In this document: positions 48,912 to 58,492 of the stretch, one piece after another
Numbering within the stretch: the stretch's first letter is position 1
Layout of the letters: each line of letters starts with the position of its first letter
Assembly: GCA_038870635.1 (NCBI GenBank)
Contig: JAVZJR010000004.1
Coordinates: 40,406-104,405, forward strand
Length of the DNA: 64,000 bases
Reading direction: 5' to 3'
Origin: Candidatus Bilamarchaeaceae archaeon
GTDB taxonomy: Archaea > Micrarchaeota > Micrarchaeia > Anstonellales > Bilamarchaeaceae
Notes under the pieces: generated by a model
The model's input: the letters and a program-made list of their open reading frames with translations, nothing else
Told to the model about the DNA's origin: nothing
Database searches by the model: none
Program-made: the position numbers and the translations under genes

Positions 48912-49352
48912 ATGGCTAAGAAAAAAGAAGATGTTAATGAAGAAAAAGAAGTTGAAGAAGTAAAAGAGGAAGAGACTGAAGAAGTCGAAGAAGAAAAACC
49001 AAAGAAAAAAGAAAAGAAAGTGGTAAGAAGAAGGAAGACAAAAGAAAAAGAGAACCCGTTAATAGCAGCGATACGATTAACAGTAGAGAGTGGTAAAACT
49101 GAGTTTGGTGTTCGCAGTGGCCTATTTGCGTTCTTGAGTGGAAAAGCAAAGTTGTTTGTAGTGGCTGAAAACACTCCTGAAGAATATATGAAAAAAGTGC
49201 GCGAAGCCTCTGAAAAATCAAAAATACCGGTGATTGTATTCCCTGGTTCTAGTATGGAATTGGGTGCGGTTTGCGGAAAACCCTTCCCTGTTTCTGTGCT
49301 ATCTATTTATGATGTTGGCCACTCTAATATTATGGATTATGCCAAAAAGTAA
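48912..49352 (+). CDS. rpl30e: 50S ribosomal protein L30e with a charged N-terminal extension
   Basis: ELGAVCGKPFPVS..SI.D.G.S.I core; position after rpoA''. Confidence 0.93.
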   Translation: MAKKKEDVNEEKEVEEVKEEETEEVEEEKPKKKEKKVVRRRKTKEKENPLIAAIRLTVESGKTEFGVRSGLFAFLSGKAKLFVVAENTPEEYMKKVREASEKSKIPVIVFPGSSMELGAVCGKPFPVSVLSIYDVGHSNIMDYAKK

Positions 49353-49362
49353 TAGTGATTGA

Positions 49363-49827
49363 ATGGAACTGAATGAGCGCGGCCTTTCTCTTTTTACTTT
49401 ATTTGAAAGTATAACTAGTGTAATGCCACGTGATTACGCCGAGGCAGAGGAGACTATAATTTTTTTAGTTGATCCTTTTCAGCTTGGTCGCTCTATAGGA
49501 AAAAACGGTGTAAATGTAGATAAACTCAAAACAAAAATAAATAAGCGGGTTTTTGTTGTCGCTGATTCCGACGACCCCTCAACTTTTATAAGAAATTTTT
49601 TTAGTAATCTTAAGATTTTGGCGATTGAAGAAAGGAATGTTATGAATGAGCGCTCTTTTTTAGTTTATTTTGATGAGAAGGAACGTGGTCTCGCCATAGG
49701 CAAAAATGGTGAAAGAATAAAGATATTAAAAGAATTTCTTAAGAAAAAGTTCAATGCCACAGCACATGTTCGCACTCGTCGTGTGTTAGGAGAATCCTCT
49801 TCAGCCGAGGTGGCGGAATCCGGTTAA
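49363..49827 (+). CDS. nusA: Archaeal NusA
   Basis: Two KH motifs (SIGKNG, AIGKNG); position after rpl30e. Confidence 0.93.
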   Translation: MELNERGLSLFTLFESITSVMPRDYAEAEETIIFLVDPFQLGRSIGKNGVNVDKLKTKINKRVFVVADSDDPSTFIRNFFSNLKILAIEERNVMNERSFLVYFDEKERGLAIGKNGERIKILKEFLKKKFNATAHVRTRRVLGESSSAEVAESG

Positions 49828-49900
49828 CGCGTACGCCTGGAGATTCTGCTAGGAAGCGTATCCCCTCACGGGGTTAGGAGTTCAAATCTCCTCCTCGGCG
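49804..49900 (+). tRNA. tRNA-Ser(GGA) with a 12-nt intron at 37/38 (49843-49854); overlaps the 3' end of nusA
   Basis: Acceptor GCCGAGG/CCTCGGC-G; anticodon arm TACGC-CTGGAG|A-GCGTA; long variable arm CCCC/GGGG; T arm AGGAG-TTCAAAT-CTCCT. Confidence 0.93.
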
Positions 49901-49919
49901 CTTATACTATCATCACGTT

Positions 49920-50894
49920 TTATAGTTTAACTTGGTCTATTCTAAAATTTGTTAGAGGTTCAACATTTTTTATTTTATTTTTTGTTTTTTTTGCTTTTTT
50001 TCTCATTATAAAACCAGTGTACGCTATCATTGCACCATTGTCTCTATTATATTCATCTGGTGCAACCGCGAACTCTACTCCATCATCCTCGCACATTGTT
50101 CGAAGCATTTCTTGAAGTCTTTTATTTTGGGCTACGCCGCCGCATACCAACAATTGTTTCTTTTTTGTCAAAAAAAGCGCTCTTTCAGTCGCTTCACAAC
50201 TCATAGCAAAAGCAGTTTCCATAAGTGAAAACGCAACATCTTTTTTGTCTTTTTCCTTTGCAATTTTTTGCGCTTGCGTTAAGAGACCAGAGAAAACAAG
50301 ATTCATTCCTTTTACACTGTATGGCAATTCGATATATTTTCCTCCCTTAGAGAAACTTTCGAGTGCTGAGCCATGTCCTTCTATGCCTATGCTTCTTGCA
50401 AATGAGTCAAAAAGATTTCCCAAACCTATGTCAAGTGTTTCGCCTAGAATGTGATAACCTTTTTTTTCTTTTATAATTATTTGACTATTTCCACCAGATA
50501 GGTACAACACAAGCGGGTCTTTAAATCCAGAAATATGCCGTGTTATTTCTACATGCGCATGGCAATGGTTAACACCAACTAGCGGTTTTTTATATTTAAG
50601 AGAAAGATACTTCGAGGCAGCACACCCAACTGAGAGAGGCGCTCCAATTCCTGGCCCTTGAGAGAAAGCAAAAATATCAATATCTAATAGACTACAATTA
50701 CTTTTTTCCAATGCTCCTTTAAGAACTTCACCAAAAACTACTGCATGGTGGTCAGCCAATTCACGGGGAAGCATTCCTTGTCCTTTGGGGGGTTTGTAAG
50801 TATTTATTTCATTTGCTAATATTTTATCTTTCTCGGAATCATACACCCCAATTCCAAGAGTGTGAGCAGTACATTCTATTCCTAGTACTTTCAT
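49920..50894 (-). CDS. kae1: tRNA N6-threonylcarbamoyltransferase Kae1
   Basis: LGIECTAHT, SQGPG, VNHCHAH, LSGGNSQ, GETLDI, GGVAQN, DNGAMIA. Confidence 0.96.
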   Translation of the reverse strand: MKVLGIECTAHTLGIGVYDSEKDKILANEINTYKPPKGQGMLPRELADHHAVVFGEVLKGALEKSNCSLLDIDIFAFSQGPGIGAPLSVGCAASKYLSLKYKKPLVGVNHCHAHVEITRHISGFKDPLVLYLSGGNSQIIIKEKKGYHILGETLDIGLGNLFDSFARSIGIEGHGSALESFSKGGKYIELPYSVKGMNLVFSGLLTQAQKIAKEKDKKDVAFSLMETAFAMSCEATERALFLTKKKQLLVCGGVAQNKRLQEMLRTMCEDDGVEFAVAPDEYNRDNGAMIAYTGFIMRKKAKKTKNKIKNVEPLTNFRIDQVKL

Positions 50895-50897
50895 ATT

Positions 50898-51503
50898 TCA
50901 CCTCGCGTATAGCAATGCCAATACTGTTAAAAGATTAAAAAAGAGATGGATGGCTATCGGAGGTATTATGCTCTCGCTTTTTTTGTATATAACCCCTAAC
51001 ACAAAACCTATCGCAATAGTCCCAACAACTTCCATAAAAGAACCATAGAATATATGAAGAATGCCGAAAGCAAAACTGGAGCCGATTATTCCTATTCTTG
51101 GAACAAGGGCAGCTCTAAAAAGAAGTTCTTCAGTTATGGGGGCCACGATAACTGCGAATGGAAGTATCCAAAATGGAACTTTGTTTAATACATCAAAAAC
51201 CTTTTCATTATCTTTTATTCCTAAATAAGAGAAAATAATAGAAAGTAATAACATTACCGTCATAACTAATACAAAGCCACCTACAGAAAACAAAATAGTT
51301 TTTTTAACATTGGATGGCGGCACCCCCATCTTTTTCATTACTGTTTTTATATCGTCCCTTTCTTCCCAAAGAAGAACTAGAGATAATGAAAAAAAACAAA
51401 GATGGAGGAAGGCTTCATAAATGTAAGTGTCGTGATAGAAAACAAAAAATACAACGAAGAAGAGAAAAGCAAAAACAAATAAAAAAAAGAATAATTTTTT
51501 CAT
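50898..51503 (-). CDS. CPBP (CAAX/Abi) family intramembrane metalloprotease
   Basis: [23 protein letters not shown]. Confidence 0.9.
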   Translation of the reverse strand: MKKLFFFLFVFAFLFFVVFFVFYHDTYIYEAFLHLCFFSLSLVLLWEERDDIKTVMKKMGVPPSNVKKTILFSVGGFVLVMTVMLLLSIIFSYLGIKDNEKVFDVLNKVPFWILPFAVIVAPITEELLFRAALVPRIGIIGSSFAFGILHIFYGSFMEVVGTIAIGFVLGVIYKKSESIIPPIAIHLFFNLLTVLALLYAR

Positions 51504-51682
51504 TTTTTCTCAAAGTAGCCGCACTTACCGCATGACCGGCGATCTTTGTGTTCTGCCAAATGATAACCTGGGCCGCACTTTGGGCACATTTTGTGCTGTG
51601 CGTATGGTTTTATCTTTTTTTCAGTAGGTTTTGCCGGTGCCTTTGCTTGTCCTTTTGTTTCCTTTTTTTTCTCATCGGCCAT
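51500..51682 (-). CDS. rps27ae: 30S ribosomal protein S27ae
   Basis: [21 protein letters not shown]. Confidence 0.95.
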   Translation of the reverse strand: MADEKKKETKGQAKAPAKPTEKKIKPYAQHKMCPKCGPGYHLAEHKDRRSCGKCGYFEKK

Positions 51683-51697
51683 TATTTACCACCCTGT

Positions 51698-52024
51698 TTA
51701 CTTTTTAGCCGCTGCTTTTCCTTTTTTCTTTTCCTTTTTCTTTTTCTCTGCTAAACCCTCGCGTACAAGTATATAAAGCGGTTCTGTTTTCATCATCTTT
51801 TCTTTTGAATCATATGCGTGCACTAAAACATCTGCTTTTTTTGCCCCAAAGGTAGTTTTTACTTCCCTAAGTACAGCATTTTCGGGGTTTATCCCATTTT
51901 TTGTACAAATTGCTTCTTTTATCTCTTTTCTTGAAGGGGTAACGCTTTCATAAGAGATAGTGGCTGTGATTTCAATTCTTTCTAAAAGTTTATTTTCGTT
52001 CTTTGATATATTCTCAATATTCAT
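51698..52024 (-). CDS. rps24e: 30S ribosomal protein S24e
   Basis: ENKLLERIE, TPSRKE, TTFG, YDS. Confidence 0.93.
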   Translation of the reverse strand: MNIENISKNENKLLERIEITATISYESVTPSRKEIKEAICTKNGINPENAVLREVKTTFGAKKADVLVHAYDSKEKMMKTEPLYILVREGLAEKKKKEKKKGKAAAKK

Positions 52025-52044
52025 TGTATCACCAAATTTTTAGA

Positions 52045-52437
52045 TTATCTTATTCTTTCCATTTTTTTCTTTCCCATCGAACTCAATATTTCGACTTCTT
52101 TACCAGCTGCTGCATTAGGTAATAGTTCATCTGGCACTTCCATTTCATAAATTTCGTAAGTTTGGGTATCCATTACTTGTGCGGTCTTTCCATTCAATGA
52201 CATTATCTGAACTGTTTTTCTTTCGATTATGGGTACTTCAACATCTGCATCTGCCGGTGTTAGAAGAACTTTTTTTTGTCCTTCAAAAACACCTATGCCT
52301 GTTATTCTCATTTTTCCTGCGCCATGCTTTCCAGTTTTTGAAGTTTCAACCTCTACAACTTTACACGGTATTTCGTCTATTAAGATGTATTTTCCTACCT
52401 TTATATCTTTTGCACTAGCGAATGTTTTCTCCACCAT
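52045..52437 (-). CDS. eif5a: Translation factor aIF-5A
   Basis: SKTGKHG hypusine motif. Confidence 0.96.
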   Translation of the reverse strand: MVEKTFASAKDIKVGKYILIDEIPCKVVEVETSKTGKHGAGKMRITGIGVFEGQKKVLLTPADADVEVPIIERKTVQIMSLNGKTAQVMDTQTYEIYEMEVPDELLPNAAAGKEVEILSSMGKKKMERIR

Positions 52438-52494
52438 AAAAACACCTAACAAAACTTAAGATGTGAGAGTATTTAAAACATTAGTTTTTTAAAT

Positions 52495-53211
52495 ATGGTT
52501 ATGATCGTTGATTCCCATTGCCATCTCCAAGAGATAAAAAATTATTCTATCAAAGAGGTGGTGCCTGTTGTTTGCGGTTATTCTCATTCATCTAACATAA
52601 AAGCGGTTGAAATTGCAAAGCGTCTTTCTATTCCTTTTTCTCTTGGTATTGCTCCACAAAGTGTGATAAGGATAGATAATTTAGAAGTGCTTGATGAATG
52701 GATAGAATATATAAAAAAACAGAAGCCAAATGCAATTGGCGAGTGTGGGTTGGATTATCATTGGGCAAAAGAAAAAAAAGAGATAGAACGAGAACAGATA
52801 ACTTTTTATCGTATGGTTGAGCTTGCGGAAGAAATGAAACTTCCGCTTGTGATTCATGCAAGAAAAGCAACAGCAGATGTTATCGATACTCTTACTTTAA
52901 AAAATTTTTCTGAGAGGGTGATGTTTCATTTTTTTTCAGGAAGAGAGAAAGATGCAGAATGGGCAGTTGCCAATGACAGTTTGATATCAATAACTCCGCT
53001 TCATTCAAAGGAAAGAAGAGAAGTTATAAAGAAAACACCTCTAGAGAACATTGTTGTTGAAACTGATGCCCCTTATGTTGGTCGAACACCAGATGATGTA
53101 AAGGATGCCATAAGCTATGTTGCAGAGGTAAAGAATTTAGATTTTGATGTTGTTGCTGAGCAAACAGCAAAAAATGCTCAGAAATTTTTTAATTTTTCTT
53201 TTTTTGGGTGA
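52495..53211 (+). CDS. tatD: TatD family nuclease
   Basis: DSHCHL, IGECGLDY, IHAR, FHFF, ETDAPY. Confidence 0.93.
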   Translation: MVMIVDSHCHLQEIKNYSIKEVVPVVCGYSHSSNIKAVEIAKRLSIPFSLGIAPQSVIRIDNLEVLDEWIEYIKKQKPNAIGECGLDYHWAKEKKEIEREQITFYRMVELAEEMKLPLVIHARKATADVIDTLTLKNFSERVMFHFFSGREKDAEWAVANDSLISITPLHSKERREVIKKTPLENIVVETDAPYVGRTPDDVKDAISYVAEVKNLDFDVVAEQTAKNAQKFFNFSFFG

Positions 53212-53687
53212 TAGCTGTGTTTGATTTATCCCGTTTTTTTGGTAAGAAAAATAATATAGTTCTTTTAGTCGACGGACCTAACACAATAAGAAAGGCATTT
53301 CACTTAGACCTAAAGGAAATAAGAAAAGAAATAGGTAAATATGGGGAAATAAGAACTGCAAAGGTCTACCTTGACCAATACGCTTCTGATAAACTTATAG
53401 AAGCAATGGTTAATCAAGGATTCAAAGTTGTGATAACGACAGGGGATGTTGATGTTACGATGGCAATAGAGGGGATGGAATACGTTTTAGACCCCAATGT
53501 AAATATTATTGCCTTTATGACTCGTGATACTGACTACCTTCCTCTTTTGCACAAGGCAAAGGAAAGAGGAAAAAAGACCATAATCATTGCTACAGATTTT
53601 GCTTTTAGCGCCGCATTAAGGAATACTGCAGACATAGTAATACTTTTCAAAGAAAAAAACCAAGTGGAGCACATACATAATTCGTGA
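53208..53687 (+). CDS. NYN domain protein (PIN-like)
   Basis: LVDGPN, GDVDV, TRDTDYLP, FSAALRNTAD. Confidence 0.9.
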   Translation: MIAVFDLSRFFGKKNNIVLLVDGPNTIRKAFHLDLKEIRKEIGKYGEIRTAKVYLDQYASDKLIEAMVNQGFKVVITTGDVDVTMAIEGMEYVLDPNVNIIAFMTRDTDYLPLLHKAKERGKKTIIIATDFAFSAALRNTADIVILFKEKNQVEHIHNS

Positions 53688-53982
53688 TTTGATTTTTATA
53701 AGAAACGCTCAACACGATAATTTCTACTTTTTCTTTTTTTTGGAGTGGTGAAAGCCTTGCTCTACCTGTTTTTACCTCTACATATGTTGGTTTTCCCTTT
53801 TTTCCAGTGATTGGGTTAATTTTTCTTTCGACGTAATCACTTCCTCTTCCAGTTCGTTTAACTTCTCTTCCCATAGCTTCGCTTCTTGCCATTGCAATAT
53901 TTTCAAATAATGATCCACGTGCTTTGTTCATTTCAAGAGTATGTCGTTTTCTCTCTTTTTTCAAAAAATCAAAAAACCCCAT
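53647..53982 (-). CDS. Small PD-(D/E)XK nuclease-like protein
   Basis: RGSLFE...TGRGSDY...YVEVKTG...LSPLQ follows the E-D-ExK-Q pattern. Confidence 0.65.
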   Translation of the reverse strand: MGFFDFLKKERKRHTLEMNKARGSLFENIAMARSEAMGREVKRTGRGSDYVERKINPITGKKGKPTYVEVKTGRARLSPLQKKEKVEIIVLSVSYKNQITNYVCAPLGFFL

Positions 53983-54121
53983 ACGTCATCAATTAATATT
54001 TTAAGTGTTTTAATTTAAAAAATTAAGTAAGTAGAATTTATTCGGTTTTACAATGTTTTTTATATATTTTGTTTAAAAGAAATATGCGCATTGTTGTGCG
54101 CTTATAAGAGGCGGGATTTTT

Positions 54122-56218
54122 ATGATAAGTAAGATTAGAAAAAGAGACGGCAAGATAGTTGATTTTGACAAGGAGAAAATTGTGAATGCTATTTTTAAGG
54201 CAGCACAAGCAGTAGGTGGTAGTGATCGAGAGGAAGCAGAGCGAACCGCAAACTTAGTAGTAAAAATGATAAACGAGAAATTCAAGGATGATTATATACC
54301 TTCTGTCGAAGATATTCAGGATTTAGTTGAAAAAGCACTTATAGAGGCTGGACACGCTACTACTGCGAAAGCATACATTCTCTATAGGCACAGAAAAAAT
54401 GTCGAGCGCGAAATAAAGAAAATGCTTGGTGTAAAGGATGACTTAAAATTACCTCTTAACTCAATACAAGTTTTGGAAAGAAGATACTTAATGAAGGATG
54501 AAACTGGAAAGGTCATAGAAACGCCAAGCCAACTTTTTAGAAGAGTGGCTAAATTTATCGCCTCCAATGAGATTAATTACGGCGGCGACGATGCTTTAGT
54601 GGCAGAGTACGAGCAAGCATTTTATGAAATTATGACTAATTTTGAGTTTCTTCCAAATTCACCAACTCTAATGAATGCGGGTACTGATGTCGGTCAACTT
54701 TCTGCTTGTTTTGTACTTCCTGTTGAAGATGATATAGAAAAGATTTTTGATGCAGTAAAATACACAGCCATAATACACAAGAGTGGTGGTGGGACTGGTT
54801 TTTCATTTTCACGTTTGCGTCCAAAAGGAGATATAGTGAAAAGTACTGCAGGTGTTGCTTCCGGTCCGATATCGTTTATGAGGATATTTGATGTTGCAAC
54901 AGATGTAGTAAAACAAGGCGGAAAAAGACGCGGTGCAAACATGGGAGTGCTTGATGTTTGGCATCCTGATATAGAGGAATTTATAACGATGAAGCAAACA
55001 CCTGGTGTATTTGAAAACTTTAATGTCAGCGTTGCGGTAACTGATGAGTTCATGAGAGCAGTTGAGTCTAACGCTCCATTTATTTTAAGAAACCCACGTA
55101 CAAAAAAGCCTGTTCGTGAGGTAAACGCACGTAGTCTATTTAAGCTTATCGCATACAGCGCTTGGAAATCTGCTGAACCTGGTGTTCTTTTCATAGATGA
55201 GATGAATGCTAAAAACCCAACGCCTAAATTTCCTATATATTCTACCAATCCTTGCGGCGAAGTGCCAATGCCTGATTATGAATCGTGCAATCTTGGAAGC
55301 ATAAATCTTGAGAAATTTGTGGAGCTTGATTGGACACGCGGAAACTGGAGAAAAAAAGTTAATTGGAATAGGTTAAGGTATGTTGTTCGTCTTGCTGTTC
55401 AGTTCCTTGATAATGTTATTGACCTTAACAAGTTCCCCATACCACAAATAAAAGAGAGAACGCAATACAACCGAAGAATTGGGCTCGGGGTGATGGGATT
55501 TTCAAAAATGCTTTACAAAATGGGAGTTAGATACGGTTCAAAGGAATCGCTTGAAATTGCGGAGGAAGTAATGAAATTTATAACTGAAGAAGGAAGAAAG
55601 ATGAGCGTTGAGCTTGGTCGCGCAAGGGGTTCTTTTGCTGGATTTAAAGATAGTGTATGGGCAGGAAAATACAATGCTATGCGAAATGCAACCATAACCT
55701 CTATCGCACCAACAGGTACGATATCTATGATCGCCAATACTTCGAGTGGTATAGAGCCAACTTTTGCTTTGGCTTACATAAAAGAAGTTATGGATGGAAC
55801 AAAACTTTACTATACTGATGAAGTATTTGAGCATATACTTAAAATACGTGGTCTTTACACTCCTGAACTTATGCAAAGAATAATAGAAGAGGGAAGCATC
55901 CAAAATATAGAAGAAATGCCGCCTGAATTAAAAGAAGTTTTTGTGGTTGCGTATGATATAACACCAGAAGAGCACGTAAGACTTCAGGCAGCTTTCCAAA
56001 AATACACCGATCTTGCAGTAAGTAAGACAATAAACCTTCCAGAAAATGCTAGCGTGGAAGATGTAGAAAATGCTTACATGCTTGCGTGGAAACTGAAATG
56101 TAAAGGTATAACTATATACAGAGAAGGAAGCAGAGGTCCTGGTGTTTTCAGAAAGATAAAGAAAAGCGAAAACAAACAAATGGAAAATCAAAAAGTTGAG
56201 CAATTAAATAGTATTTAA
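54122..56218 (+). CDS. nrdJ: Class II (adenosylcobalamin) ribonucleotide reductase with an N-terminal ATP cone
   Basis: IRKRDGKIVDFD ATP cone; PNSPTLMNAG, SACFV, TNPCGE, CNLGSIN, APTGTIS, KGITIYR. Confidence 0.95.
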   Translation: MISKIRKRDGKIVDFDKEKIVNAIFKAAQAVGGSDREEAERTANLVVKMINEKFKDDYIPSVEDIQDLVEKALIEAGHATTAKAYILYRHRKNVEREIKKMLGVKDDLKLPLNSIQVLERRYLMKDETGKVIETPSQLFRRVAKFIASNEINYGGDDALVAEYEQAFYEIMTNFEFLPNSPTLMNAGTDVGQLSACFVLPVEDDIEKIFDAVKYTAIIHKSGGGTGFSFSRLRPKGDIVKSTAGVASGPISFMRIFDVATDVVKQGGKRRGANMGVLDVWHPDIEEFITMKQTPGVFENFNVSVAVTDEFMRAVESNAPFILRNPRTKKPVREVNARSLFKLIAYSAWKSAEPGVLFIDEMNAKNPTPKFPIYSTNPCGEVPMPDYESCNLGSINLEKFVELDWTRGNWRKKVNWNRLRYVVRLAVQFLDNVIDLNKFPIPQIKERTQYNRRIGLGVMGFSKMLYKMGVRYGSKESLEIAEEVMKFITEEGRKMSVELGRARGSFAGFKDSVWAGKYNAMRNATITSIAPTGTISMIANTSSGIEPTFALAYIKEVMDGTKLYYTDEVFEHILKIRGLYTPELMQRIIEEGSIQNIEEMPPELKEVFVVAYDITPEEHVRLQAAFQKYTDLAVSKTINLPENASVEDVENAYMLAWKLKCKGITIYREGSRGPGVFRKIKKSENKQMENQKVEQLNSI

Positions 56219-56254
56219 TAAAATATCATGAGAGATATTGTTGGAGTTGATTTT

Positions 56255-57361
56255 ATGAAAGTAACGGTGAGTGTGATAAAAGCTGATGTTGGAGGATGGC
56301 CAGGTCATTCGACTGTTCATCCTGAATTAAAAGAGGCCGCAAGAAAAAAATTAGAAGATGCTAAAAAAGATGGAAAAATAATCGATTACTATGTTGGCAG
56401 TTGCGGGGACGATATTGACCTCATAATAACTCACACAAAGGGAATAGATAGCAGTGATGTTCATGGTATTGCATGGGATGCTTTTAAGGCAGCTACAGAA
56501 GTAGCTAAAAAACTTAAACTCTATGGAGCCGGTCAAGATCTTCTTTCTGATTCTTTTTCAGGTAATGTTAGAGGACTTGGCCCTGGTGTTGCTGAGATGG
56601 AATTTACGGAAAGAAAGAGCGAGCCAATCATTGTGTTTTTGATGGACAAGACAGACCCAGGTGCTTTTAATCTTCCAATTTTCAAGATGTTTGCCGACCC
56701 ATTTAACACAGCAGGTCTTGTGATAGACCCAACTATGCCTGGCTTCCGCTTTGAAGTATTTGATATCTACAATAGCAAAAAGGTAATGATGACTGCTCCA
56801 GAGGAACTCTATAGTTTGCTTGCGCTTATCGGTGCAAAAAGTAAGTATGTGATAAAAAGAGTTTATCCAAAAGAAGGAGGAAAACTTCCTTCAGATGAGC
56901 CAGTTGCTGTTGTGAGCACAGAAAAACTATATCAAGTTGCAGGAGAGTATGTTGGAAAAGATGATCCGGCTGCAGTAGTGCGTGCTCAGGCAGGTTTACC
57001 AGCTGTTGGAGAAGTTTTAGAGGCTTTTGCTTTTCCTCATCTCGTTGCAGGTTGGATGCGCGGTTCTCACAACGGTCCACTAATGCCATGCGCAGCTGAA
57101 GATGCTACTCCGTCGAGATTTGATGGGCCACCACGTGTTGTTGCTCTTGGTTTCCAACTTGCAGAAGGCAAACTTGTTGGACCGGTTGATATGTTTAAAG
57201 ACAAATCATTTGACGAAGCAAGAAGAAAAGCTATAAAAATTGCAGATTATATGAGAAGACACGGTCCGTTTGAACCGCACAGACTTTCTTCTGAAGAGAT
57301 GGAGTACACTACCCTTCCTAAAGTACTTGAGAAATTAAAAGGAAGGTTTGAAAAAATATGA
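56255..57361 (+). CDS. fbp: Bifunctional fructose-1,6-bisphosphate aldolase/phosphatase
   Basis: IKADVGG, GDD, LYGAGQDLL, YVGKDDP, GWMRGSH, RFDGPP, RHGPFEPHRL. Confidence 0.96.
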   Translation: MKVTVSVIKADVGGWPGHSTVHPELKEAARKKLEDAKKDGKIIDYYVGSCGDDIDLIITHTKGIDSSDVHGIAWDAFKAATEVAKKLKLYGAGQDLLSDSFSGNVRGLGPGVAEMEFTERKSEPIIVFLMDKTDPGAFNLPIFKMFADPFNTAGLVIDPTMPGFRFEVFDIYNSKKVMMTAPEELYSLLALIGAKSKYVIKRVYPKEGGKLPSDEPVAVVSTEKLYQVAGEYVGKDDPAAVVRAQAGLPAVGEVLEAFAFPHLVAGWMRGSHNGPLMPCAAEDATPSRFDGPPRVVALGFQLAEGKLVGPVDMFKDKSFDEARRKAIKIADYMRRHGPFEPHRLSSEEMEYTTLPKVLEKLKGRFEKI

Positions 57362-57843
57362 TTGAACTTCAAAAAAATCTTCCCTTTTTTATTCTTGTTT
57401 TTGTTTTAGTTTTTTTAATCGTGCTTGTTGCGGCTTTTCTCTACACTCAATTTTTTGTTGAAAAACGAAGAATAACGATAATAAATGATGATGGTGAAAG
57501 GATAGAGGTGAATGTTGAGATAGCCGCAGACCCGATAAAACATTCTAGAGGTTTAATGTTTAGAAAGCATCTTGAAGAAGAGGAAGGAATGCTATTTATT
57601 TTTGAAAAGCCAGGGAGATATGGTTTTTGGATGGTTAATACTACAATACCTCTTGATGCAATATTTTTTGATGATAGAAGAGATGTAGTCGATATAATAA
57701 CCATGGAGCCATGCGCTTCTTTAGTAGAACAATGCAAAATATATACACCAATTTCAGATGCAAGATATGTTCTTGAAGTAAACAAAGGATTCGCCACTAA
57801 AAATAAGATTGGAAAAAAAAGTAAATTTATTTTTGAGGGGTGA
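57358..57843 (+). CDS. DUF192 family protein with an N-terminal TM anchor
   Basis: RGLMFR, GMLFIF, FWMVNT.IPLD, YVLEVNKG. Confidence 0.9.
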   Translation: MIELQKNLPFFILVFVLVFLIVLVAAFLYTQFFVEKRRITIINDDGERIEVNVEIAADPIKHSRGLMFRKHLEEEEGMLFIFEKPGRYGFWMVNTTIPLDAIFFDDRRDVVDIITMEPCASLVEQCKIYTPISDARYVLEVNKGFATKNKIGKKSKFIFEG

Positions 57844-58492
57844 TTTTATTAAGAAAAGGTTGTTTTTGTTTGCGTTTTTTTCTTTTTTAATTTTTTTTGG
57901 GTGTATTGATCAAAGATTGCAAGACTTTAACAGCGCTGTTTCTAATAAAAGTAACGCACTTGCAATTTCCTATATAATAAAAAACTGTGAAGGTGGTGGA
58001 CCGGTTGATGACGTTGGTTTTTTATTTGTTAAAAAAGAAGACGGTACGCTCTATATAAAACAAAAAGAAAATTATGTGTGCTGCGCAAATATTACAATAA
58101 CGATGGAAGTTGATAACAATAGCAAAATTATCAGGCTTTATGAGGAGAATATTGGAGATTATTGCAGGTGCATATGTCCTTTTGAAGCAGAAATAAAAAT
58201 AGAAAACTATAACGATTATCCAGTAGAAATATATGGTATAAAATATAAGAATGTTTATAACTACAGCCTTTTACAAGAATGGCCAAACGCAAAAGATTGT
58301 TATAGGGATAGTGATTGCGTAAACACGCCAGATTGCTGCCATCAAAGTTCAAATAAGTGCATTGCAAAAAAAGATATAAAAGAATGGCCTAAGTGTGAAG
58401 GTATTCCTTGTACTGAAGAATGCAGGCCGTGTATATCCTGCTCTTGTATTGACAATAAATGTGTGTCTAATTTTGTTGGTGGTTGTTGTTAG
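57809..58492 (+). CDS. Cys-rich lipoprotein (start uncertain, possibly ATT at 57848)
   Basis: KKRLFLFAFFSFLIFFGC lipobox-like signal; NYVCCA, CRCIC and a C-terminal multi-Cys module. Confidence 0.7.
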   Translation: MEKKVNLFLRGDFIKKRLFLFAFFSFLIFFGCIDQRLQDFNSAVSNKSNALAISYIIKNCEGGGPVDDVGFLFVKKEDGTLYIKQKENYVCCANITITMEVDNNSKIIRLYEENIGDYCRCICPFEAEIKIENYNDYPVEIYGIKYKNVYNYSLLQEWPNAKDCYRDSDCVNTPDCCHQSSNKCIAKKDIKEWPKCEGIPCTEECRPCISCSCIDNKCVSNFVGGCC

